Positions 28,882 through 41,900 are shown, counted from the first letter of the stretch. The stretch is DNA of 64,000 nucleotides from Spironucleus salmonicida (GCF_000497125.1 NC_090598.1:682001-746000); one strand, 5' to 3'. Numbers and translations are program-made. The notes: generated by a model from the letters alone, not told the origin.

Positions 28882-30423
28882 ATGAGATTATCTAATGCTA
28901 ATAAGCAACGACCAAGCTCAGCCGCATTTCCTGGAACTAACAAGCATTTATAAATATCATTAACAAAATTATTAGATGATGGATCACGATCACGGGCTAT
29001 TAAGTCAAAAAACGATGATATTCTACATTTACAAGAAGCATTATAGCATGCACAACAATTAGCTTATAATAAAGATCTTATGATAAAGGATTTAAAACTA
29101 ACAATATCTAACTACAATAAAGAGAGAAAAAGCGAGTTCAAAATGAACCTCAATTAAATTAGCAGATTTAGTAAAGGATAATTTAGTGTTATAAGTCGTG
29201 AAGAAAATAATACAAATATGTTGTAGGTTAAAATATAACAGTTATAATAAGTTATTTCAGTTTAGTAATAAAGTTTTGATGATAGACTTAGCTAGTAAAT
29301 AACGTAACTTGAAGCCACATATGTAGGATAACTAGACAATTTAAAGTAGGACATAACATCTTATATCTAAGAATCAGCAATTATGGTAGCAAAAATTGAG
29401 CGTTTGGAGCAAGACCTTGAAAATGAGAAAAAATTAACCGCATCTCTGGGGTTTTCAGAAGAGCGAGGTGAAACCGGAACTTAGACTATGAAAATATTTA
29501 AATTTAACGTAGATACTCAAACTGATATTGTTGTTATACGAGCCAATGTGACTATTTAGGAATAAGAGCGTCGCGACGATTAGGAAGAGTTCGATGATAG
29601 TGTTAGTCCATAACCAGAAGTTATTAATAATAAATCTGATGAGATTATAACTCATCCGTTAGGAACCCCAACATATAGACGGCCGTAGTCTGCTATAGAT
29701 AGACTAGTTGATTAACCATTGTCTCAGGATTTACCACAATAATCTACTCTACCAGATGCAGCAATCAATAATTTGTTTAAATAAGATAGCATGCCTGAAT
29801 ACGAACAAGGGCCTGGCAATGCATCTACTGAGTCAGCTAGCTCTGTCAAATCGTAACAGTAGGTAAGCCTATTCGCTCGATTGGCAACACCAAAATATCA
29901 GGCTCCTGTACCATAAATGCAGCCGAATGCTCGGTTACCCAAAAAGCATCGTGGAAAGGCTAAGAAATCAGCTAAGCGGGGCCGACTTAGCAGTAGTTAT
30001 AGCGGATGTAATGACTCACTGGATGATAATGGGTCTGCAAGCATTATTGGGTAGCTATCTCAGTCCCATTATGATGTATAGGAGCCAGAAAATGACGAAT
30101 TGAAGGTCACAGCCAGAATAACGTAGGAAACAGTCGACGAGATATCCGAATCAGGGGATGTACTAGATGATGTTAGTTAGGACGAAGCATCCGACGAAGC
30201 ATCTTTACAGCCAATTCCCGGCAAGCAGGTTTCCTTTGCAATACTTCAAGATGCACAGCTGACGGCTAATAAAGAGAGTATTCTACAGATGCATTTTCCT
30301 AATGCATCTGAGGAGCCGGTAATAGTAGGAGGAGGAATTCCCGACGAAGATCCCTCGCCACGGTTAGAAAGCCATGAACATTTGGACGAACTAAGTACGG
30401 TCAGCGAAGACTTCGATGAGTGA
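28882..30423 (+). CDS. Coiled-coil plus low-complexity hypothetical protein (513 aa), intact
   Basis: MRLSNANKQRPSSAAF...SEDFDE; ends gAGTGA; crosses the spacer/arm boundary uninterrupted. Confidence 0.8.
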
Positions 30424-30441
30424 TCTAATAACCACTCCAAA

Positions 30442-31218
30442 ATGTCGATCCGACGGTCCTTTTGCACAGGGTTCCTTACCGAAACGTATGCCACGGTATC
30501 GACCAACAATTATCGCGAATTTGCTCTTGATGGACTGACGCCGTCAGTGGTCTCAAATGGTGGTACTGCAGTAGTTCTTCATGCAGGACCAGGCCGCGTT
30601 CGAAAGATCCCGCGTCCAGCTAACGCGCGGGCCTAAGTGCGATTCGCAGAGTAATTTAGAGCGGAATTGTAGGTATACCGCCGTCTGGCTGGGTGTCCTG
30701 TCGTGCCGAGACTGTTCGATATCTGTGGGCATGGTATGGTCAAGGGGCTCGAGTTGGAGCTCCTCAATGACTACCGAACTCTCTGGAATCTCGGGGACTG
30801 GCGGCTTGACTTCGGTATCCTAACCAAAAACGCGCTATCCGCACTAGGGTAACTGCACGAGGCGGGTATCTGCCACGCTGACCTGAAGCCAGATAACGTC
30901 ATGGTGAACGGTTGTGGGGAAGTGCGGATAATCGATTTTGGGAAGGCTCAGCCCCTTGGACCCTTCCTCCCATCCCTGCTTCCCCAGTTCGCAGTTGGGT
31001 TTATGGGGCAGCGCCAGGTGAATTCTGTAGACGAGGCCAGAACTCTGGACCGCTTTTCTATGGCGTCATCCATATGGACTGCAATGAACGGCCAGTGGCT
31101 AACAGGAGTACCCGTAGCGGAGGCATGGCAGTCTGGACCTGTGGACTGGGACGCGGTAAAGGTGGGATGCCGGGGCATCGACCAGCTGGAGCTCGGCTTG
31201 CTGGGGTGTCGGTGGTGA
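30442..31218 (+). CDS. Divergent protein kinase, copy 2
   Basis: HADLKPDN, DFG; CCACTCC upstream. Confidence 0.85.
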
Positions 31219-31296
31219 GGTAGAATGTGTAATGCGGCGTTGCTGCGAAGGCTGCCTTGCGTTGACCTAGTATCACTCACACTCGTTTAGTAAGCA

Positions 31297-31719
31297 TCAT
31301 GTTTCCTGGTGGTTATTGCGGGTATAGCTGCAGGGACCCTGCCAGCTTAGTGCTGCCTCGGCAGAGCAGTATGAGCCCAGCGGCTCGCTAGACAATAGGT
31401 GAAAGATATCCTGGGATAGCTAGTCCCGCATGCTGCTAAATTATAATTCTCCGTCAGGCGGTTCGACAGGTATGCAGTTCCCATCGAGACCAATTTCATG
31501 ATAAGACTAGGGGTAGTCCAAAATCAAAGCAACCAATTGTGTACCGATAGCCAATTTTTTTGCATCCTCTTGCGCCTGTTCCACCATACGCCCAGGTGGA
31601 CCCGTGCCCGTGACCTTCCACGGCCAGTTTGCCGTACCCGGACTGGGAGTTACTCGGCGTGCTAGCAGCGAAGGTGCTCGCATGCTATTTTCGAAGGAGC
31701 ACTGCTAGGGCTGACGCAT
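31297..31719 (-). CDS. Hypothetical protein, copy 2
   Basis: Mirror of 25325-25747. Confidence 0.35.
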
Positions 31720-31905
31720 TCCTCCGCTAGGGAACCTAGCCAGCTTTGATACGGTTAGCCAGAAAACATAGTCATGACGCAGGAGTGAGGGGTCCTGATG
31801 CAGCCATTCCAGCAGGGTCAGACGGCCACTTGTGCTTCATGAGCCGAGAAGACAACACGCGGGATAAAGTTCCCGTTGTTGCCCTTCCTAGATCGGCCAC
31901 TCCAA

Positions 31906-32424
31906 ATGAGCTTGCTGTACAAGACCATCCGGCTCGAGCTTCGGCCGACCTCCCCACAACTGGAGGTGCAGGTTACCAGGTTTTTTTCCGATGGCGTCCT
32001 CACGATCCCGACAGATGACGGGGACCTCGGCTTCGTCCTGGCTGGCCCTGAAGCGGAGTGTGCGCTGATCGTGTTCAGTGGCCAGTACCAGGACTCGTGG
32101 AACCTGGCGCACCAGGAGATTGTAAGACTATCCGGGGTCCAGCGTACGGCTGCCGTGCTGGACATCTCCCCGCGCAAGGGCGCCAGGTTTGTGAGCCGCG
32201 AGGCAGTGGAGGACTACGCGGCGCAGAACGGGGTCACGTACTATAGCTGTCAGGAGATGTCGCGCAACTCACTCAGGAACCTGCTGTGCGAATTTGTGGT
32301 GAACGAGGACGAGGCGGCGGCGGTTCCCTACGCCCTCTTCGGTTCCCTGGCACTTGGGTTCGCAGCTGTGTTCCTGGGCCTGTACCTTTTCGTGCAGCAT
32401 AATATGCCCGTGCGGGCGAAGTGA
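31906..32424 (+). CDS. Degenerate small-GTPase-like tail-anchored protein, copy 2
   Basis: Mirror of 24620-25138. Confidence 0.7.
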   Translation: MSLLYKTIRLELRPTSPQLEVQVTRFFSDGVLTIPTDDGDLGFVLAGPEAECALIVFSGQYQDSWNLAHQEIVRLSGVQRTAAVLDISPRKGARFVSREAVEDYAAQNGVTYYSCQEMSRNSLRNLLCEFVVNEDEAAAVPYALFGSLALGFAAVFLGLYLFVQHNMPVRAK

Positions 32425-32429
32425 GGAAT

Positions 32430-32645
32430 TCAGTCACACGAGACGCTCGTGATGGCGTTGCCTCGCACCACCGCGCTGGGCATGCGCTTCCCCTTATCGT
32501 TCGTGCAGTCGTGCATTGTGGCGTTGAGGAAGGGGTCCACATCCTGCAGCTCTCCATCGATCCAGCCGCCCCCGTGCAGCGAGAGGTGTACACGATGCCC
32601 TAGGAAGTTCTGCAGCTGCGGCTTCTCGGCGTACTTGTGAGGCAT
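32430..32645 (-). CDS. SmG: SmG/Lsm7-like protein, copy 2
   Basis: Mirror of 24399-24614. Confidence 0.85.
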   Translation of the reverse strand: MPHKYAEKPQLQNFLGHRVHLSLHGGGWIDGELQDVDPFLNATMHDCTNDKGKRMPSAVVRGNAITSVSCD

Positions 32646-32692
32646 TTTTGGTCTAGCGCTACTCAGTACATAATAAGCCGACTCCGCTCCGA

Positions 32693-32929
32693 ATGCCCCC
32701 GAATCGGTCCTCACAGCTCTTGTGCGGCCTGGCCGTACTCCGGAAGGTACGTTTCGCCAATGCTACCGCCAGGCCGCCCCGCCAGGCCACTCTGTCCCAC
32801 TGCATCGCCTGCGAGCTCGGAGCTGGCGGGGACAGCTTCCGGGACGACACCCCCCAGGCGTCATGCAGTGCATGCTACTCCCCTGAGGAGATACGTTATG
32901 CGCTGCTGCGAGCGGGCTTGCATGAGTGA
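32693..32929 (+). CDS. 78-aa double-CxxC protein, copy 2
   Basis: Mirror of 24115-24351. Confidence 0.55.
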   Translation: MPPNRSSQLLCGLAVLRKVRFANATARPPRQATLSHCIACELGAGGDSFRDDTPQASCSACYSPEEIRYALLRAGLHE

Positions 32930-32954
32930 GTTGTCCTTCCGCACTCCGCTTCAA

Positions 32955-34151
32955 ATGGACTTCTCTCCTTGCCACTCCGTGCTGGCAGGCAAGACGGTGC
33001 TCCTGGGAGTCACGGGATCCATCGCGGCGTACAAGGCTGCCGATATCGCATCTTCTCTGCAGAAGCTTGGGGTCACCACGCATGCGGTTCTTACGGCCGC
33101 AGCGCAGGAATTCATCACGCCGTTGACCCTGCAGACGCTCACCCGCAACAGGGTCATCACCCAGCAGTTTGACATCGGCGTGGAGATGAATGTGGAGCAT
33201 GTGGCACTCGCCAAGGCCGCGGATCTGCTCCTCATCGCCCCAGCCACCGCCAATGTCATCGCGAAGCTCGCCCACGGCCTCTGCGACGACTTTTTAAGCA
33301 CAACTGCACTCGCTACCAGAGCGCAGCTGGTGGTCTGCCCCGCTATGAACACAAACATGCTTGAACACCCCGCCACCTAGCAAAACCTGTCCATCCTTCG
33401 CGGGAGGGGCGCCGTCGTAGTTGCGAGCTAGACAGGCATGCTTGCCTGCGGAGATGTAGGAGATGGCAAGCTGGCGCCAGTGCAGCTAATCGTGGACCGA
33501 GTCGCGGCGCTGCTCCTCGGGGGCACCTCTCTTGCAGGGAAGACTGTAGTCGTTAGCGCCGGCCCGACTTTGGAGGACTTCGATCCCTTCCGCTTCCTGA
33601 GCAACAACTCCTCGGGGAAGATGGGTCGCGATATCGCGCGTGCCTGCGAGATGCTGGGCGCACGCGTGCACCTGGTGGCCGCCGAGAGCTACCCAGGCTT
33701 CGGCGGCGTGTGGACGAAAACGCGCTCAGCGGCGGACATGCATGCCGCGCTGATGGCGGACTTCCCGGTGGCGGACTTCGTGTTCATGGCAGCGGCCGTG
33801 AGCGACTTCTCCCCGGTGCGCAGCGACAGGAAGCTAAAGAAGACGGAGGAGGCTGCAGAGATGCGCAGGACGCGAGACATCCTGGCCGAGATGGGGGCCG
33901 CTAAGACGCACCAGGTGTTGTGCGGCTTCGCGGCAGAGACCGAGAACCTCCGCGCCTACGGGGAGGACAAGCTGCGCCGCAAAAACCTGGACTTCATCGC
34001 AGTGAACCAGATCGGCGGAGCGGTCGGCTTCCAGAGCAGTAGCAACGAGATCATGCTCCTGGACCGACTTGGTGGCGAGCACCACAGCGGGGTGATGGAC
34101 AAACTTGATATTGCGAGGTGGCTGGTGCAGATCGTCACCGCGGCGAAGTGA
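32955..34151 (+). CDS. coaBC: Bifunctional CoaBC, copy 2
   Basis: Mirror of 22893-24089. Confidence 0.96.
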
Positions 34152-34164
34152 TGGAGGGATTCAC

Positions 34165-35310
34165 TCAAAGGACCTGGTAGTCGGCGTCCACGTTATCGTG
34201 GATCTCGTACGTCTCGGGGGCGTGCTGTGGCTCCTCCTGGTACTGCTGCTCGTAACCGTCGTGGGAGGCAACGGGTTCAGCCTGCATCTCCTCCGTCTCG
34301 GGTTGCTCGTACGTCTCCTGCTCTTGCTCTTAAAGCTGGATCGGGGCCTTGTCCTCCTACGCCTTTGCCTCAGCAGCGAGCTGTTGCTCCTCCTGTTACC
34401 GTTTGAGGTCTTCCTCCTCCAGTCGCAGCCGCTCGGCCTCCTTGAAGGCCTCCTCCTCAGCGAGCCTCTGCTTCTCGTCCGCCAGCTTCAGCCTCTGCGT
34501 ATCTGCGAAGTTTGGCAGGATCGGCGCCGCCACCGGCTCGGGCTGCACCAGCTACTTCTTGGCCATGTTTGGGGAGAGTTTGAGCGTATCAAATAGGTAC
34601 TTCGTGCTCAGGTCCTCCACGTCGAACGTCTGCGCGTAGGAGTTTAGCTACTTCAGCTTCTCGAAGAAGGCCTGGATCTCGCTGATGTCCGAGATGAGCG
34701 AGTAGAACTGCTTCTCCTGCTTCAGGATGTTGCCGTAGGCCGTCTGGAGCTTGTTCAGGTAGTCTATGCCTGTGTTTTCGCACGTGTTGGAGTCCACATT
34801 GCTCTGCTTGCTGAGACCGTTAACGACCGTAATTTGCTGCTTCTCCTTGTCCTGCAGCTTCTTCAGCAGCTCCTCCACTTTCTGGCTGGGCTCCAGATTG
34901 TAGAGGTTCTGCGTGTCCCTCACCGCCTGTTGCGTCTTTGCGAGGGCACCCTTCGCGCTGGTAAACTTCTTCAGCGATGCCTGGCTCGTCTTGAGAACCT
35001 TGCCGTAGACCTTGCTGTTGGCCTTCAGGAGCAGCTGGACCTGCTTGATGTGGTGCTGGAACGGCTTGTCGAACTTGTGGATCTGCTGGTATGTGGTTGA
35101 CTCCAGGTGGTACTTGGCCTCGTAGTACACGTTGAACTTGGAGTCCTTGGGGATCCTCTTGTGCAGCTTGGAGAAGGCCTTGGACTGCTGCTGCGACTGC
35201 TTGGACATGATCTCCAGCATCTACGCCTGGACCCCTTGCTCACTGATTTTGTCGGTGCAGCTCTTCGCTAGCTGCGCTATCTTGGTCATGTTGGGTTCAG
35301 TTTCCGTCAT
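34165..35310 (-). CDS. Coiled-coil (BAR-like?) protein, copy 2
   Basis: Mirror of 21734-22879. Confidence 0.88.
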
Positions 35311-35805
35311 TTTTTGTGGAGTGGGAATAGCTACTGCGCGGCCTTATATAGTATTTGTGGCAGCCTAATTTACCGTCTACAATCTTTATATTTGCATTCT
35401 AAATTATACCAAATCTCAGTTGTAGCGCCAAAACAAAACCTGGGAGCGGGATTATTTTGCTATGGGGGGTATGCATCCGCATATCGGGTTGAATATATTT
35501 TACAAAAAAACTCTCGAGAATAGCTATTATGTCCCTATTGCGGGAGGTTTCGTCCACACTCCAAATTTAGTTTTACCCGAAACAGACGGCAGATGCAGCC
35601 AGATTCGGCGTCGCGGTGGGCCCGACAGTGCCTATAAGGGTGTGCCCATGCGCTGCCTGCTATCAGCATCGAAAATTGTGCGCTTCTGCGGAACGAAGCA
35701 AGCTAGCAGAGTACGGAGGTCCGCCACCTTCCACCTGACCTAGCAGAGGCTTCGCTATAGTTCATCAACAAGTTCTCCGTATACACCCCTCCAGTAACTA
35801 AAATT

Positions 35806-36183
35806 TCACTCCAGGCAAAGCATCCTGCAGCCAACAATGCAGGCGACCACCCAACCCAGCAGGAACTACGAGCTCAGGTGGATAGCGAGCCCCGCGAGTA
35901 CCACGTCGTAGCGGTCCAGCCTCTCGGCCCAGTAGTATCCCACGCAACAGAGCAGGGACACGCCTGAGATAGTGGCAGTGCAGCATCCCGCACATTTGTG
36001 ACATTTTTCATATCTAGGCACCGCACAATTGCAGAAGATATCGTAAACCCTGATAGTCTGAGGTTGTCCTACTGAGGCTACCACAATAGCATGAGGTCAA
36101 CCAGGGGACTATAAAACTTCTATACTATTACCCACAGGCAAAAACACAAGTTAATTATCAGACTCTTTCTATATAAAAAGCAT
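35806..36183 (-). pseudogene. Spec3/Stum-like small membrane protein with one in-frame TGA (codon 29)
   Basis: DIFCNCAVPRYEKC...LLCC...RLDRYDVVLAG...GWVVACIVG, homologous to 57583-57948; TGA at 36097-36099. Confidence 0.65.
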
Positions 36184-36759
36184 TACGCTCGTTTCTGTCA
36201 GTTTTGAAACGGTGATTTTCACTATTTACATACTATCCTTATTACTGACATAATTTAATATCGCGGTACTCTCTTTATTTCGAAAGCAATAATCGATATT
36301 AATATTATTATATAATAATTATTTATAAATTAGTTTTGAGAAGTGGAAAAACTAATTCCACTAAACCTACTTAAATACGTTATTTTTAACTATATTCAAA
36401 ATCTACCCCCTCCAAAATCTAACCAGAAACTCGCAAATTTCCCAGAGTCTTAATTTAGCCCAGAACGTAACCCAACCTATAATAACGCAAATCCGCTGCC
36501 CCTCAAATTTCGCTTTAACGCAGTTACCACAAGACGCACTTTTGAATTTCCCGCAACTGGCATAACGCAGAACCTGCCGAGCAGCATTCTGGAAGTTTCG
36601 CCATCTGTATTTTGGGAAATTCCTGCACCAGAAAAAACATTATGTTGAGTGGGTACTGATATAATGATAACATCAATTTTTTCAAGTAAAATGAAGTAAA
36701 ATTTTATATCTTTTGCTGATATAACGAAATTCAGCCTCAATTTCAACTTCCCGCTCCAG

Positions 36760-37122
36760 ATGCAAAATCACAAGATACACCAATTTCAACTAGCTGATAA
36801 TCATGAAGTAACTAGTGATATAGCCAAATTGGTGCCAACGTATGCGTCCAGGCTCTGCGATTCTAGTGATATAAGCTTTTAGATCTACTACTCCTTCCCG
36901 TTGACGTCCTGTACTGCTCAAGCTTCCAGAACTTGCAAGATGGTGATGGATGCAATACGGAGAGTGGACGAGTTCTGGAAGAATCAGAACGCGATTTCGG
37001 CGAAGAATCAGGACTGGAGAATCCGGTACGGCACGGAACTGATGGAGGAAAACTAGAACTGGAAATTGAGTCAAAAAGAACGTCACAAGGCAGTTCTCGT
37101 TCGCAGTGGATTCGTCTCTTGA
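36760..37122 (+). CDS. Hypothetical protein (120 aa)
   Basis: CCGCTCC-ag-ATG start; MQNHKIHQFQLADNHEV...; a competing minus-strand ORF exists. Confidence 0.5.
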
Positions 37123-38974
37123 AATATGGCGTTTCTTCGCTAATTGAGCAAACGATGCGTGCCTCGAGCTTCTTACGATGGGCAAAACTGGTTTTCAGTA
37201 GGCCAGGAATTTGGATTGATTCCAACGATTGGCTAGGTATTAGAGCGTGTTGGATATTAGAGGTTATGGTTATTACTAGGTTTATTAGAGTTGTAATAAG
37301 CTTCTAAACGGTATCGGGCAGGGCCACTTGGCTTAGCGTGCTATCTAAAACATCATTTTATAAGAAGTGATTACCAATTTAGTAGCGCATGACGCAGTCG
37401 TATCGGTTCATAGGAGAATTGGAGTAAGGGCTATGCGAAAATCTTATAAATAGAGATTTTAACGAAATATTTCTTCAATCTAGGCATCATAGAATGCAGT
37501 TTAATTTGTTTATCCATTAATAGTTTAAATTCTGTGATTACTTAGTTAATCATGTAGCTGATTTTGTAATATAATTTAATTGGTTAATATATTAATAATT
37601 AGACTCGATTGTCTCATTTAACGTATGAAAATAATATTAAAATAATTTTTGGCGAATATGAAAATTACTTAATTTAATAGATAGCATTTACTCTTCAATA
37701 TACAAAACTATACTTTATTAACTTAGTTAAATCTATAAATCTGACGACTAACTATTTTTAAAGTCTTAATCGAGAGTATTTTATAATACACATTTATCAA
37801 AAAAAAGATATTTACTAAAGGTTCCTTTATAATTTATTAATATTAAATATGAGGTTTATATATTAGAATTGACATAAATAGAAGCTTATTGTTAATGGGA
37901 TTACAAACTTAAATCATTCATACAATAAAAAATAATCCTCTAAAAATAATCAATTTAAGTGTTATTAGTCCCAATAGATAGTTTTTATTTCCTATTTTCT
38001 TAGAGAATGGTTGTATATATAATTCTAAAATTGAATACAATATTTTTTTGTTATATTATTATTTTTAGTTATATATTTTTAATAAAATATAGCAATGCCA
38101 TATTGTTTAACTGTATACCAATATAAAATAAATATATTAAACTCCGTTATACAATTATTTGATCTACATTTATTATTAAAAATTAAATAACTGAAGATAT
38201 TATTTTTAAAATTTAATTTAATGATACAAATTTTTCTAATTGATTTTATATTGAGAGTAATTTTGATAATTATTTGTCTAGTAAAATATTATTTAACGTA
38301 TTTCTAATGTCGAATACAAGTTAAAGCTTATAAATGGTGGAATTCAGTGTAATCTAAGATTAAAAGTTTATAATAAATTTTCAGATTTTAGATAGTTAAT
38401 TAAAATAATAATAACAATAATAATACTTAGTTTAATAGAACGAGTATAATACTACTATGAGATAAAACTATTTTAATCAATACTCTATATTATTTCTATA
38501 TCTTACATAGATTTATTATATATTACTTATATAAAATTAAAAAGTATTTCCACCTAAACAGTGTATAACTTTGATCACCCTTAGAGATATGATAGTTTCA
38601 AATTCAATTCAAAAACCTAGCATTGTTAGAAAATTTTGATAAATAAATAATTTATTATTAAATTGAAATAAGTAAATTTTATAATATAATAATTAACTAT
38701 TATAATTGTAGTTATAATGAAGAATATATATTTAAATTATATTATTTATTATATTATTATTTATTTGTAAATTGTAGAAATAGAATTACCTTAAATTTAA
38801 TGAACTATTTTTAACTTGATCGATTAAAATCTCATTGTAGAAATAAGAATTTAGAAATCTCTAGGTTTTTTCTGAGTAGTATTTCAAATTAATACAATTT
38901 TTTCGTAATAAATATACTATTATTTTATATAATAAAAATATATGTTTAAAAATATATGTTTTCCATTTCTTTAA

Positions 38975-41900
38975 ATGATCACAGTTCATCCAAATCTTAA
39001 AACAGTAGATCCTGTCCAATAAAAGTCTCAAAATAAGATATCCACTACAAAGTATAATATACTTACATTCCTGCCACTCTTTATTTTAAAGTATTTCTCA
39101 TAGCCTAACAATATTTATTATGTTTTAAATGCTATTGCCGGTTACATTGTTTACGTAATAGAGCCGATTGGTAATGTTATGCCAATCGTTATTGTATTAG
39201 TATTTGGTGCGATAAGAGAAATATATGAAGATGCTAAAAGGTATCAGTCCGATAGAGAGTAGAATCTTATGAAATTCGAAATAGGGCGTAATGACATTAA
39301 AATACCCACGCTATCAAAAAATATTAAATAAGGAGATATATTGTATATTAAACATGGTCAATAAGTTCCTGCTGATGTTATAGTGCTTGAAGGTGATGAT
39401 GTAGTTTTTATATCAACTGCAAATCTAGACGGGGAATAAGCCCTTAAACCTAAATATCCCACCAACATAATAGGTAAAGTGGAGATCAATCTAGCTAACT
39501 CAGATTTAAATTCTTTCAGAGGTAAAATTAATGGTTAAGTATTTACAGAGGAAAATGCTATTTTTAGAGGGTCTAAACTTTAATCGTGTGATATTAAATG
39601 CATGGCTATTTATTGTGGGAAAAAGACCAAATTATTTATTAACAAACCTAAGACAAGTTAAAAAGACTCAAGACTTCTACAAAGATTGAACAAATTAACT
39701 CTTTATTTAGCATTATCCTCTCTATTTATCATGATTTTATTTCCACTAATTAATGTTTTTTCTGATAGCTATTACTAATAGTTTCCAGATTATTAGGCAG
39801 AACCATAAGATTTAGGACTTAATTATATAGAAAAGTTAATAATTTATTTTTCTCTTCTAGCTTATTTCATACCAGTTTCATTATTCGCTTCAATAGAAGT
39901 TATTCGCTTAATTTAAGGCATTCTTGTCTAAAATGATCGTAATCTTTTAGTTCAACCTGTCCAGCTGCTTATTGAAAATAAGTAAAAGGTATCATCTTCA
40001 GAATATGGAGAATATAATCCAGCTGAACTTTCATGTATTGTGAGATCATCAGTTTCTATTGAAAATTTAGCCGAAGTTGATATAATTTTTAGTGACAAAA
40101 CAGGCACCTTAACAAAAAACGAAATGGAGCTCAAAAAATATAATGGGACTGAGAATTTGAAATTTGGAATGGCAATCTGTGCTAATATTGTGATTAATCA
40201 CGGGGAATATTTTGGTGAAAGTCCTGATGAAGTTGCTTTAGTAAATTATGCCAGAAATAATGGTGTAGAACTCATTTCACGAACAGATAAGCTTATTACT
40301 ATTCAATATAAAGATTAAATATCCGAATTTGTCATTATTTCATCTATACCATTTACATCTGAAAGAAAAAGAATGACAATTGCTCTTTCGCACATTTCTG
40401 GGTTAAAACTGTTTGATTTTATTGAAGATAAGTAATCATTTGTTTTGACTAAAGGTGCTGACACAATAATGTCAACAATTATTAAAAATTTTGATAATAC
40501 TTAGGAAATAGTAACTTCTTTTTCTACAGAAGGGTATAGAACTTTAGTTTTTTCTGGAAAGAAAATTGATGATTCTTGGTAAGGAGTCTGGAACTAGATA
40601 AAATTATTACCAATAATTGACTACAAATATACATAATCTATTCAGTAAATAGAGTCTAGTCAGTTACTATTCGGAGTTAGTGCGGTAGAAGATAAACTAT
40701 AAGATAACCTGCCTATTTTTATTAACTAAGTATAGGAAAACGATATTAGACTATGGATTCTTACAGGTGATAAAACAGAAACAGCTTTATTTATTGCTAA
40801 AAATGCAGGTATTGTTGATAAAAATACCTAAGTATTGTATTTAACTGAGAAAGAACTATTGAAGGGAGGGTTAGAATCTTCTGTCTAAAATCTTAAAACT
40901 GACATCGAAAGTACTGGTCTTTCGATTTAGTATCTGAAGCGCGTGAAAACTTCTAAAATTGGAGATTTTTTGAGACATTAACTTTCACCTAAACCCGTTT
41001 TCCATCCACCTACTAGTTTTCCTGATATCTAAAATTTCGTAATTGTGATAGATGGTGAATGTGTAAATCAATTAAAATAATAAGGAATGTTTTATAATTT
41101 TTACAATATAGCAAGATATGCTAAATCTATCATTGTAACTAGATGTTCCCCAACTCAAAAAGAACTGATTGTAGAAACTTTCAGAAAATTTTCCCCGGAA
41201 TCAACAACACTCGCAGTTGGAGATGGCTAAAACGATGTTTAAATGATCAGAGCTTCCCACGTTGGAATTGGAATTGCAGGTCGGGAAGGTCTTCAAGCAT
41301 GTAATAACTCGGATATTAGTATCCCAGAATTACATTTTTTGGGCAGGCTAATGCTCGTTCATGGCAGAATGGTACACATTCGAAATGCCGAATTCTTTGA
41401 ATATTCAGTATATAAGAATGCAATTTTGGCTATTATGCATATGGTTTTCGCATTTTTCAACCGTTTCACAATGTAGATCGTTTTAGACTCATTTTTACTC
41501 GTTCTTTACAATGTTTGTTTAACTTTGTTTGCAATTGCATTTTAATCAATTTCAGAGAAGGATATTGACGACAAAATTTTGATGGACAATGCTTATATGC
41601 TAAAGGCATTTTCTCGCCGATATCATCCAAGTTTAGCATCTTTAGGTATCAGAATGGCGCTAGCAATTTATCACTCCTTGGTAATCATTTTGGTGCCTTA
41701 TTTTATGTATGAAAATGGAATTTACTCTACCAATGGTTATCCTTAAGAGTTGTATGCAACTGGTTTTGTGTTTTTCAACATACTGATGATTGCCACTACT
41801 GCAGAGCTTTTCATGCATTAATTCCGTTGGACTTATTTTGGCGGAGTTTCAGTTTTACTTTCAATTGGAATGACAATTATGTGCTCTTGGTTAGGCAACT

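Larger units (their letters stand above)
29008..35897. repeat. Right arm (6,890 bp) of inverted duplication; source copy
   Basis: Reverse complement of 21147-28036; genes continue in frame across both of its ends. Confidence 0.97.

Noticed and set aside
22893-34151. Bacterial contamination of the GC-rich block
   Set aside because: It contains SmG and uses TAG=Gln with host regulatory motifs.
21147-35897. Giant TIR transposon or Polinton-like element
   Set aside because: No transposase, integrase or polymerase and no target-site duplication seen; arms hold housekeeping genes and cut genes.
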